Shown here piece by piece: positions 38,573 to 50,258 of a stretch of DNA of 64,000 nucleotides (within the stretch, counting starts at the first letter, position 1; the number at the start of each line of letters is the position of its first letter). The DNA is from Mobula birostris. Lineage: Eukaryota. The notes beneath the pieces were generated by a model. That model had not been told where the DNA came from and made no database searches. It was given only the letters and a program-made list of their open reading frames with translations. Location: the NCBI RefSeq assembly GCF_030028105.1, contig NC_092394.1, positions 30,610,752-30,674,751 on the forward strand, given 5' to 3'. A program made the translations under genes and the position numbers.

Positions 38573-41009
38573 ATGTAATCATTGAAACAATAAAGCTGAT
38601 TGACTTAATTAACAAAAGACTTAACTAAGTTAAATACTGTCAATTTGATGTTACTTTGATTATGTTTAATTTGCATCAATAAACTTCTATTCTAAGCCTT
38701 GGTTTTGCTTTATATTGAATGGGAGCAGTTATAAAATGTGATGTTTCTGAATGTACTGTAGGCACATACAGCTTTATACAGTCCAGCAATATGGATGTAT
38801 CGGTTTCTTGGCATATTAAATATTATATATTAATTTTGACAGTAATAGATAATGTGTAAGGTGTTCATATTTATGGAAAGAATTTTTTCTTAAGATGGTA
38901 ATTAAGTCATTAAATTCCTAGTGTACATGGGAATTATGTTTCTCTTTAGCTGAAATGTGAATGGCTTGAATACCTTTCTGACTTTATTTCAGCCATCCTT
39001 TTGTATATGACTTTACAGTAACAGTCACATCATTGAAAAGATTTTTCTCAATACAACTTCCTCTTTCTTAAAGAAAAGTATTATCGTTAGAAGAATTTCA
39101 TTAAAATTGTTTCAGATTTGGTCATGGTGTTCTGTTACAGAAGTTCCAAGTCAGAAATTAACTCTACCAGTCACAATGCATGCAAATGAAGTTACTGTTC
39201 TGGCTTTTGAATAACATATTAGATACAATATGATACTTAAATTTCAAAATAGCAACTTCTGTGGGGTAACTATTAATAGCAACTTTTATCTTTTTTTGGG
39301 ATAATGACTAAGATTATTATAAAATAACATGCTTGGTAAAATAATTTTAAGTGACTGTTGGAAAAGTTGTATTCATAGAGCCTTTTTAACATGTAGTAAA
39401 ATATTAAAGCCATTCATTTGGAAAATGATCTAAACTGAAGTTATACTGCTCAGGTATGCAAATTGTTATGTAATTTGTTTGGAAGCATCCATTCAAGAAC
39501 TGAACAGACACCCCACTGCTGACTTTTCTTGTTGAGGAGTGCTGTTACATTTGGAACAATCTAATGGATACTGCACCCTTTGTGCTTCTGATATTTCAGA
39601 AGTACATTTTTTTTCGTATTTCCCTGAGAAGAAAATGGCATTGTATCATATAATTCAATTGTGTATGCAAATGATTAAGTAGCTCAACCAGTTTTGCCCA
39701 GATTGAATTACGTTAACTTTTTCTCATTAAAATTGATATGTGAATGATGGGTGTTACAATTTGGTGTTCTCAAATTGATTTTGAAAATATGCATGCTAGT
39801 ATTTTGTATAGAGTTCTTTTTAATTTTATGTGCTCTGATCTTTGGCTCCTTGCTGGGGCATGATTCCTTGGTTGCTGCTATTTTTATAATATACTCGTAT
39901 CTAAGCAGTTGTACCATGTGATTGGCCTTTATTAGCAGGTTATTTGGGCATGTGATATTGCTCTATGACCTTGTCTGAAGTTCATTCGATAAATTCTTGT
40001 AATGGTTCTGAGTGGGCAATTGGGAATAATCAAGAGCCTGTCAGTTTATTATTACCAGGTCAACAACTCCATTATTCGTTATAACCAAGCCGTTGCAATA
40101 CAGCCTCCCAAGTTACAGTAAACTAAGTCAGCAAGGAAAGCTATTGAGTCCAAGACCAAATGTGAACTGCTGCTTTTTTTCACTGACTTTTCCTCATTTT
40201 TCATTTGAACTGTTGGGGAGTTAGGGTTCCATTTTGAAAGTCAAATCAGAAGAATAGGTTTCAACTGGTGTTAGAATTGCTGAAGAAGCAAAACCAGTAA
40301 AAATGAATTGAAGATGTTGGCCAACGTACAAATTAATAGCTCATTTGAAAATAACATTGAAGGGTTACTGAGATGATAAAGATGTGAAAGCAAAGATCAG
40401 CAGATAATTAAAGAATATAAGACATTATGATGAAACCAAATAATTTGTTAGATTGAAGTCTTTGCTCCCTTGTTTATTTTTAAATCCAATAGCTTATAAA
40501 TATATCAGAAATACCACCATAGAAATAGGAAGTACAGTGTAATTGGACAAACCTTTCAGCCTTCTTTAAACTAAAAGACCAAATCTATAACTGAAGCAAC
40601 TGTGTTTTGCCTCTTTTAAGAAATATATTTTAAATGCAGCGGTAAGGCCGTGACAGGCAGCAATTACTACTGTTCACTTATAATTGTTCTTTAAAGCTGC
40701 TTGAGCTAACAGAATCCCAGTCTTAACTGCTGAAGTATTCAAATTCTTAAAAAGGAATTTGTTCAGTTAGCGAGTCCTGATATTGGAGGCAAGACAGAAT
40801 CTGACTATTTCTGGAACAAAATTATTTTAAAAGGAGGCATCCTCCAAGTAGAAAATGCACCTGCACATTCATCAGGGGTGTACTGTGGAGAAATGCAGAG
40901 CTTGTTCACACCTGAGAACACTACCTTCAATAATATCAATCAGCCCAAAGCATAATAAGAGCATCAAATATTTTCACTAATGGTGTTTGAATTGTCTTTG
41001 TGATGTACA

Positions 41010-41400
41010 TACAACGAGCGGTGTCTCAGAAAGGCAGCATCCATTATTAAGGACCTCCAGCACCTAGAACATGCCCTTTTTTCACTGTTACCATCAGGCA
41101 GGAGGTACAGAAGCCTGAAGGCACACACTCAGCGATTCAGGAACAACTTCTTCCCCTCTGCCATCCAATTCCTAAATGGACACAGAACCCTTGGACACTA
41201 CCTCACTTTTTAAATATATATTATTTCTGGGGGTTTTTTTTGCATGATTTTTAATCTATTCAATATACATATACTGTAATTGATTTACTTATCTATTTAT
41301 TATATTTTTTTCTTCTATATTATGTATTGCGTTCAACTGCTGCTGCCAAGTTAAAAAATTTCACAACACATGCCGGTGATAATAAACCTGATTCTGATTC
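41010..41400 (+). mobile_element. Rex1/Babar-like LINE 3' fragment
   Basis: ccatcaggcaggaggtacagaagcctgaaggcacacactc..aataaacctgattctgattc. Confidence 0.88.
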
Positions 41401-41849
41401 AATGCAGTTCAAATGAACATTAAGAATGTTTTGTATTTAGTTCCAAAATGTAGAATCAATTAGTAATTTCAAGTACAGTTAATAAAATAAATTTGAGCAA
41501 CAGGTATTGCAGCAAACAGGTTAGCTATACATAATTGACCAATGGGAGTGTTGAGAAAATGTTAGAACAGTACAGATTAATTTAAACTGTGTATGGAGCA
41601 AAAGAAGGTTCCAAACAAGACTTGATGTGTGTCAAATGACTCTCTGCACTATATTGTGCAAGATGAAGATCCCATTGTTACAGAAAGGTTTAATTGGTAA
41701 TGCTGTGACCATGATGGAAAAAATATATGGGTCCAGCAATGAGCAAAACCAATGGGATTCTTTGTAACTGACATTTCTACTACACTCATGCATACTTGGA
41801 CTTCAGGCAGTGTTTTTATTTCCTGTTGGGCCGTTTGCATGGGTGGTGG

Positions 41850-43270
41850 TGATATTGGGCAAGATGTTATTAAGCCTATGATTTGTGGGATGTGGCTAAG
41901 AACCTAGGAAGTGATAGAGGTAGGGTTGAAGAGTTTGGTTAATGTCAAAGGAAAGTAAAAGATTGTATATCTGGAGGAAGATGGAGCATTACAGACAAGT
42001 GTTCTTATCGGTTTTATGCAGTAGAATTTTTTTTGCATGTGTCATTAATCAAGAACACTTTTTGACTAGTGATTTTTGGATCAGCTGCAATTTGGAATGA
42101 AAGGCCAACAAAAAGGACATGGGCGTGGGTGGGTAAGAGAGAGCGGAATGATTAATGAGTTCATTGAAAGTGGAGTGGTTCTGGTGATAAGATTCGTTAA
42201 TATTCCATGAGGAATATAGAGGAAGCAGTAATTTTTGTTTAATTGGGAGGGGTAGAGGTGGCCATGGAAAGTCCTTGGCAAACAGGTTTAAGGAGAATCC
42301 CAAAGCATTTACTATGCTTATTAAGAACAAGGGGTAAAAAGGCAGCCCTCTCAAGCACAAAAGAGGGAATTTATGTGTGGGTGCTGATTAAGTGGATGAG
42401 TTCTTAAATGAGTGGAATCCGCTTTCAATAAGGAGAATGATATGGATGATGGTGAGATCAGGGAATCATATGTTGATATTTTAAGGCTTGTTGAGATACA
42501 AAAGAGGATATTAGATATTAGTTGGGTGTCTTTGAAAATGTCAAGGTGGATAAATTCCCAGGGCAGTGAACTATCCCAGAATACCAAGAAAGGAGAATGC
42601 TTGGGCCTTGACAAAATGTTGTTATCTTCAGCTGCAGACAAGGTCCCAAAAAATGAGAGAATAGCCAGTAATGTTCTTTTGCACAAGAGAGGTAATGGAA
42701 AATTCAGAAAATCATAGGGCAGTAGCCTTGGATCAGTGGTAAGGAAATTATTGGAGAAGATTCTTTGGGATAGAATTCACTTGCATTTAGAAAAGCATGG
42801 GCTTATTAGGAATTGTCTGCAGGGCTTTTTGCGAGGGAAGTCATGCTCACAAATTTTATTGAGGACATGATGAAGGTGATTGAAGGTAGGGTGGTGGATG
42901 TTATCTACATGGACTTTAGTAAAGCTTTTCACAAGGTCCCTTACGATAGGTTGGTCAAGAAGTTTGAGTCACAGGGTAAGTTGTGCATAAAACTGGGTTG
43001 GTTATAGAAGATAGAGGATTGTTATGGAGAAGATTTTTTTCTCTGACTGGAACTCTGAGACCAGCAGTGTTCCACAAGGATTAGTGATGAGACTACTGTA
43101 ATAACTAAATGATTTGGACAAAATTTTAGGTAAGGTTGCAGATGACATTGCTGGAGATGAAGATCATGAGGAAGATTGTTGAAGGATCATTTAGGAATTT
43201 GGGTGGAGAAATGGTAGATGGATGAATGTGAAGTAATGCATTTTGGGAGGTCAAATGCAAGAGAAGTGTA
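41850..43270 (+). mobile_element. Old degenerate CR1 ORF2 fragment
   Basis: ORF 42813..43007 has LTNFIE..VDVIYMDFSKAFHKVP. gtgttccacaagga gives VPQG. Confidence 0.75.
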
Positions 43271-43290
43271 AATAAAACGCTGTTTATTAT

Positions 43291-43495
43291 TTATTTATTA
43301 TGATACTGTGTGGAGCAGGTGATTCCAGCCCTTTGAGCAACACTGCCCAATTTGATCCTAACCACGGGACAATTAACCAACCAGTCAGTACGTCTTTGGA
43401 CTGTGGGAGGAAACCAGAGCACCTGGAGGAAGCCCACACATACATGGGAAAAATGCATAAACTCCTTACAGGCAGCGGCAGGAATTGAACTCGTC
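43291..43495 (-). mobile_element. V-SINE (HE1-like)
   Basis: Minus strand reads gagttcaattcc..gtgggcttcctccaggtgctctggtttcctcccacagtccaaagacg, with an A-rich tail. Confidence 0.82.
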
Positions 43496-43800
43496 AATTT
43501 TCTGAATTATGGATGTTTTATAAAAGCAGAACTGTTTGCTACCCAGGGATGTCATATACTCCTTTTATAATGGAACTCTTACCAGTTTATTCCAGTAATA
43601 ACAAAGCAGGTGATTTCAAGCTGAGGCTACATATTCTATGCGCTTAAGTGTGCAACATATTTGAGGATGACCTACCAAGTGCAGAGCTTCCATAATGTAA
43701 CAAACTGGTCCCTCAAGTGAAATACTATCTGGCAAGAAAAATTAAACAAGAGCTGCTTTTCTTGAAGTATGTGGTGAAGGTCTTGTCATTCTGTTTTCAG

Positions 43801-43951
43801 ACTAATGGCTTCAGAGATTCCCAAAAGACTCTAGATTACACTACATTGACTCATGCAGCCAAAGAGGAGATAAAAGCTTTTCTCATTAATGAAGATGAGT
43901 TGCACCAGATTGATGATCTGACCAAAGTCAACCCAGTAACAACTGTCACAG
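43801..43951 (+). CDS. MYO19: Myosin XIX coding exon 2
   Basis: ttttcag| TNGFRD..LHQIDDLTKVNPVTTVT |gtatct. 151 nt, phase 0 to 1. Confidence 0.92.
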
Positions 43952-45179
43952 GTATCTAATCAATTGGTGTTTTGTTTCTTCTGAAGTACTTTGTAAGCTG
44001 ATTGACGTTTAGCATAACATTTGCTGAACAGAAGGCAGTATTGGAAGAGGAGGGCATATACACCTGAGTGAAGTACAACAGTAAATATGAAATAAGCCAC
44101 TTAGAATGCCATGATAGACACCTTCTGAAAAATGAGCATAAGTAAAGGTTGATCCCTTTAACATTGTTTTTGGGATATGTTGGTTTGACAAGTTTATAAC
44201 GATGTTCTCCTGTGTGTGTTATCCAACTTCTGAGGTCTGGAAATTACGACAAATGGTTCAAAAGCTGATTTTTGAAAAAAACTTCAAAATGCCCATCAAG
44301 CCATGACATGTCAGTAGAGAAAGTTAATATTTCAGGCCATTCATCAGGTGTTGGAAAAGTTTAAATATCGAACAGTTTAAGTGAGAGAAAAGAGTGAGTG
44401 GCTGGGAAGGTGGAGGCAATAAAAAATAGTAATTATATGATGGAGACCATGAATGACAGAAAAAATATTGCTGCTGGCTGAGGGACAATGCTAAAGGGTT
44501 GTTAACTACAACTGACCCATAAGGAGGGGTGTAAAGAAAAAATCACAACAAAGGACGGGGAAAAAATATGAAATCTTTTCACATTTAACAGATAGTAGTT
44601 GCTTGAACTCTAATGTATAATGCAGAAAATGGCACCTATTTTCAATTCCAGACACATTGTAATCGGTAAATTTTCATCATTTTTCTCTTAATGGCTCCAC
44701 TTTATACTATTTATTTACCGTTTGTCTCCATTCTGCCATAGACATTGTCCTCTCCACTGCTCCCCTTTCTTTGCAGATTAAAGTGTGTTTTATTTCTAAC
44801 TTTTTTCCCCAGTTCTAATGAAAAGTTATCAAAATGAAATGTTAACCTTTGTTTCTCCATTTATAGGTGTTGCCTGTCATTGCCAAATGTTTCTAATTTT
44901 TTTTGTTTTTATTTCAGACTTCCAATAACTATAGTTCTTGCCTTTTATAATGGAACTGCAGTGTAAACAAGACCTTGTATTTGAAAAGAAAATAGTTATT
45001 TTTGTAGATACTTGGTTGTTATGCACAGTGACTTGATAATCTAAATGGTTTGGATTACTTAGTTGAAATCTGAACCATTCAGATTAACAAATCACTGTGC
45101 ATAATGCATTAGATTACAGTATTTTTTAATAAGCAATTTGTATGAATTGAACTGTGAATATTTTTTTTATGTCTCTTAG

Positions 45180-45328
45180 TTTTAAAATGTCTCCAGGCAA
45201 GATATGCAGCTGGTGTTTTTTACACTAATGCGGGTTGTACATTAGTGGGTCTAAATCCATTCCAGTCTGTGCCAAACTTGTATTCCTCTGAGGTCATGAA
45301 AGAATACCACAATGTGACTCGACCACAG
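45180..45328 (+). CDS. MYO19: Myosin XIX coding exon 3
   Basis: cttag| VLKCLQARYAAGVFYTNAGCTLVGLNPFQSVPNLYSSEVMKEYHNVTRPQ |gtaact. 149 nt. Confidence 0.95.
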
Positions 45329-45723
45329 GTAACTCAAGTACACTTCGGTGCTTTATTTGACTGCAATAAGCAAATAACATTATTCATCCTTGATTACAAA
45401 TTCTATACATATATAAACAGAACATTAATATTTAATTTGTGTCCAGTTTATTCTGGTCATTTATTTGCGATCAGACCGTATTTAGATTAATACCCAAAGC
45501 TGAGTGAAAACTTTTGATTTGTGGACAATGCATATTAAGAATACAGAAGCTGCAGCTTATTGATTTGTGTAGTAAGAATGGTTAGAATCCAGGATATAGT
45601 CATCAGCAGCAGTTGCAGGTTCATATTAATACTAGTACCTTATTAAAATAATTTGAGAGGGTAGTTTTTACTACTTTGTACAAAAACAAACTTTCAAAAA
45701 AGTTAACTCTCTGTATTCTTTAG

Positions 45724-45837
45724 GAATTGAAACCTCACATCTTTGTGGTGGCTGAACAAGCCTTCAGGAATGTACAGAGTCACATTGAACCAATTGACCA
45801 ATCACTAATCGTCAGTGGAGAGAGTGGTGCTGGAAAG
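45724..45837 (+). CDS. MYO19: Myosin XIX coding exon 4 (P-loop)
   Basis: ctttag| ELKPHIFVVAEQAFRNVQSHIEPIDQSLIVSGESGAGK |gtaaga. 114 nt. Confidence 0.97.
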
Positions 45838-46154
45838 GTAAGACATTAGCATGAGTAAGGTGGTTGGCTCCACCAAGAAACAATTCCTATAACTTAGCGA
45901 ATTAACCAGCGTGGGTATGATTTTTGGAAAATGGATGTCAATGATTATAGTTAACTAATGGGTGCTGTAGGATTTCACTAAACTAGCTACATGGTATAGA
46001 TAGTGAGGCACAATTATGACATTATATTATCAAATTTTATTTTATTCTGTAGTAGATTGACACATTTGTTTTCCTACCTCCTCATTGGTCAGCATACTGC
46101 TCCCAGTATGCTGACCAATGCTAAAGTGCTCCAGCATTCATCATATTTTCTTTG

Positions 46155-46693
46155 TGTGACGAGAATACACATAGATAAGATGTTAGCTGTCCTGTGTGAT
46201 CAGCAGTTGGTCTGCCACCTGTCTTCAAGAGAGAGATAAGGAACACAATGAAACAGCATCTGGAAATGTGCAGTGAAGGGACGGGGGAGAGAGAGAGCTG
46301 TCTGGAGCGGCTCCCCCTTTGAACCCTGAACTGGTTGAAGTGATGGACAGGCGATACCCCAGCAGGGGGATAAAAAGGGACAGGTTCACTAAGGCAGGAC
46401 ACACGACACCCGAGGTAACGAGACCCTGGAAGCGGTGCGCCTCTCACGAGTCGGTGGGAAGTACCGGCCAACGCACAGGGTGGAAAGGTACAATCAGCGG
46501 GAACCCGGTGTGTGTCCACCCTTGCTTGGGTGCCGGGTTCACTGCAGAGGATCGACTGCATCTGGAGGAGGGGTCACAGTGGGTGACCTCAGGTGACATC
46601 ACCAAGAACCTGCCCAAAAGCTGCTTGTGAGCAATTATCGCCGGTCTGTGAGTGGAAACCGTTTCTGAATGATCAGTCGTTCCTGTTTTCTTT

Positions 46694-46724
<31 letters not shown>

Positions 46725-47026
46725 CCCCCCCCCACATTGTCCATCACCATGGCAACGATTACTGCGAACTGAGCTACTAAATTGGACTGAACTTTGTGTC
46801 ACTTTGAAATTGGTCATTTATCCTTAGGCAACGATAGAGCTTGATTGATGCTGTCATCTTAATTCTGTGCATATGTGTGGTTATTGCTGAACTGTTGCAT
46901 TTATTATCCTTTCGATTACTGTGTTGCTTGTTTCTTTAATAAAACTTTCTTAGTTCTAGTAATCCAGACTCCAACTGAGTGATCCATTTCTGCTGGTTTG
47001 GCAACCCAGTTACGGGGTACGTAACA
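46155..47026 (+). repeat. 5' LTR
   Basis: tgtgacgag..gtacgtaaca. Contains TATA-like gataaaaa (~46369), a (CT)n tract (~46699-46722) and AATAAA (46938-46943). Confidence 0.95.
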
Positions 47027-47030
47027 TGAG

Positions 47031-47056
47031 TGGGGTTCTCGTCCGTGATTTTGAAC
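47031..47056 (+). promoter_or_regulatory. Primer-binding site, tRNA-Pro-like
   Basis: tggggttctcgtccgtgattttgaac compared with the tRNA-Pro 3' complement TGGGGGCTCGTCCGGGATTTGAAC. Confidence 0.8.
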
Positions 47057-47125
47057 GCTAAATTTGGGACGGAGTAAATTGATTGGGTTAAAATTCCCGA
47101 AAGAAAGAAAAGACAAACAGCAGAA

Positions 47126-50084
47126 ATGGAGGCTGAGGAATTTATAAAGGCGCCGACCTTGGAGACATTAGAGGATGCCAGGAAATCGGAATTGGTAGCT
47201 GTGGCCAAATGGTTGAATCTTGCTAAGGTGAAGTCGACAATGAGGAGAGAGGAGATACACAGAGCTATTGTAGAGAACTATGTATCTAAGGGTGTGTTTC
47301 CCCAAGGCGAGCTGGGGGTGGTGTCTATTGAAAACCCTGCTGGAGACGTGGTACAGGTGCAGCTTGAAAAACTGAGACTCAAGCACGAGTTCCGGGTACG
47401 ACAGTTGGAGCGAGAAGAGAAGGAGAGAGAGGCAGAAAGACAAGAGAGAGAAAGACAGTTGGAGAGAGAAGAGAAAGAGAGAGAGACAGTTGGAGGGAGA
47501 AGAGAAAGAGAGAGAGAGACAGTTGGAGAGAGGAGAAAGAGAGGCAATGGGAGCGAGAAGAGAGGGGGAAACAGAGAGAAAGGGAATTTGAGCTGGAGAA
47601 GTTAAAGATAAGGGCCGAGCAGGGGCTCGTGCCGAACCAAGGTGGAGGGTTCCGGGCAACCCAGGAGGTTAGGCTGGTTCCCCCATTTGACGATACCGAC
47701 GTGGATCGGTACTTTCTCCATTTCGAAAAAGTGGCTATAAGTCAGGAATGGCCGAGGGATAAGTGGGCTGTGTTACTTCAGAGTGTACTGAAAGGGAAAG
47801 CCCAAGAAGCTTACTCCGCTTTGTCCGCGGAAGATGCCCAGAGGTATGAGGTGGTAAAAGAGGCCATCCTCAGGACTTATGAGTTGGTCCCAGAGGCATA
47901 CCGGCAGAGGTTCCGGAATGCGAGGAAGGAGTGGGACCGCACGTATTTGGAGTTTGCCCGTGAGATGCAGACATATTGTGAGCGTTGGTGCGCCTCAAAG
48001 GGGGTAGAGGGGGATTATGACAGACTGCTACAGCTGATCCTGATTGAGCAGTTTAAAGGTTGTGTCCCTGAGGGTATGAGACCCTACCTCGATGAGAAAG
48101 AGGCAGCCACGTTAGCCGCAACTGCTGAGTTAGCGGATGAGTATGCGTTGATGCATAAAATGAAGGTTGCCCCAAGTAAAGGCTACCAGAAGGGTAGTCA
48201 GGACGGCGGGGAGAGTCCGCCGGAAAAGTCAGAAAGTAAGCCGGTGACTAGTGAGAAGGATAAGGTAGACCGGGAGCAGTCTGGCAGGAAGTCTCCTGGG
48301 GTCATCTGTTATAATTGTGGGAAAGCCGGACACTTTGCGTCCAGGTGCTTTGCCCCAAAGAAGGAGACGGGAAAAGGAAAAACAGTGATCTTGAATGGCT
48401 GTATCGAGCTGTTAAACGAACCGCTAGGGACGGTCAGGTCTGCCAAAGTCCAGGAAGGGCGCGAGAGGTTTATCTCGGCCGGATTGGTGTCAGTGAAAGA
48501 GGGGTTAAAACCAGTTCCAGTGCGGATCTGGAGAGACACGGGAGCGTGTCAGTCACTAATACTGAAGAGTGTATTAGAGTTTAGCTCAGAGACCCAGACT
48601 GGGGAGGTAGAGGTCAAAGGTGTTGGGGAAGGGACAGAGTCAGTCCCTTTGCACCAGATACACTTACAAAGCAACCTGGTCTCTGGACTAGTCACGATCG
48701 GGGTGAGGTCCGAATTACCGATGAAAGGCGTGGAAGTCTTGCTCGGTAATGACATCGCCGGGGGAATCGTGTTCCCAGTCGTGAGATTGACAGGTCGGCC
48801 TGCCAGCAGTGAGGCCCCGCCCATGGACTCACAGGTTCATCATGGGGCTGCGGTAGTGAATTTAGCTGAGACGTTTCTGCCAACCTTGTACGAGAAGAGG
48901 GTAGAAAATGAAAAGAAGGAGTGTAATGAGACAAGAGGCAGTGAGGGAGCTGGGACAGACGTAGCAGTAGCCAGGAAAGAATCTGTGCAGACGCAGGAGC
49001 GAGACGAGGGGCTGATGGTTTCGGCAGAGACAGCTCTGTCTGACACAGCTTTGACGAGGGAACTAGTAGGCTATTGTGTGGAGGAGGAAGTGCTAAGGAA
49101 AAAAGGGAAATCAAGTACAGTACCCGTAGATGAGGAGTGGGGGTGGTGCAAAAGAGTTATGGGGATGAAGTTTTTAACATGGCCCACGAGGTACCCCCCG
49201 GTGGACATTTTGCGGTGCTGGAGGAAACAGTTGGTGGAATCATGAAAGAGGTTTACCAACTGCCCAGGAGGAAGGATGTTATTGATCACGACCGACGCGA
49301 ACTGAGACGGTCACCGGCTTTTGATATGCTAACAAACCTAGTCGGTGTTAGTGTGGAAATCAATGAAGCTAGGGGCCCCCTGATAAGAGAAAAAAACCAT
49401 TTTGAAAAGATTAGTATGGGATCGATCAGATGGGAGAAGGCTAATGTTTTGGCCAGGTCTACTGATAAGGTCTCTCCCTTAATCCCCAAACAAAGCGAAT
49501 CTTTAGCAGAAGTAATTAAACAACTCGCACCCGTGTGCTTGATTGTCCCGAGGCGATGCAAACAACTGGGACGTTGGGTGATGTCTGTTACAATAGGTCA
49601 GCCTAGCAAACAACAGCCATATATAATGAGTAATTCAGTGACTAAAGGGCTGATGAACACAGAGGTGTGTATTGGCAATTTAATACGGCTGTCTGAAGCC
49701 AGCTTGATAGTGAACCTTGAAGAAAACGAATTCGGCCACACGAGGGTCACTTACCTGGGAACTGTGGTGACACAGGGGCAGCTGGCAGCGATGCAAGCTA
49801 CAGTGCAGGCTATCGCTGACCTCCCAACCCCAACAGACAAGAGGGCCCTCAGAAGGCTCTGGGATATGGTGGGGTACTGTAGGAAGTTTTGCAATAACTC
49901 TGCGGTCACTACCCCTCCCCCTCCTACTAAGCCCTTGCGAGAGAAAACTGAGTCGGAATGGGACGACCCTTGTTATTGTGGTCCGGGACAAAACCAAATG
50001 AGAGGTTACATTGATCGAAATTCATCAGTGTTTTTGGCAACTATGAAGTTTGCTGAGTTGGAGCCCGGTCTAAGGGATTATTAA
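47126..50084 (+). pseudogene. Retrotransposon gag (coiled coil, SCAN-like capsid, CCHC knuckle), protease and deleted pol; frameshifted
   Basis: Three ORFs: 47126..47605; 47629..49245 (PEAYRQRFR..LILIEQF, CYNCGKAGHFASRC, RDTGACQSLI); 49137..50084 (AHEVPPGGHF, VTYLGTVV..VGYCRKFC). Frameshifts fall in the GA-rich repeats (~47480-47540) and in a G run (~49140). Confidence 0.9.
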
Positions 50085-50258
50085 TAACACATGTAAAAGG
50101 AACAGAAAATGCGATGACTGTCTGTCAAAGCTGTTGACAACTTCAAACTCGCTGTGTTAGCCAAATAGCTGATAAAGATGTATATTTGTGCGTGTATCAA
50201 ATAATGTATTCATGTTTGTAATTTTTACCTCCCGGTAAAAATCCTTAAAGGGGGGAAG

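Noticed and set aside
46121-46817. ORFs within the LTRs (also 50245-50993)
   Set aside because: Short, present on both strands, duplicated only because the LTR is duplicated, and some run through Ns.
47395-47582. CRISPR-like or other spaced repeat array
   Set aside because: Eukaryotic context and no unique spacers. It is a coding tandem repeat in gag.
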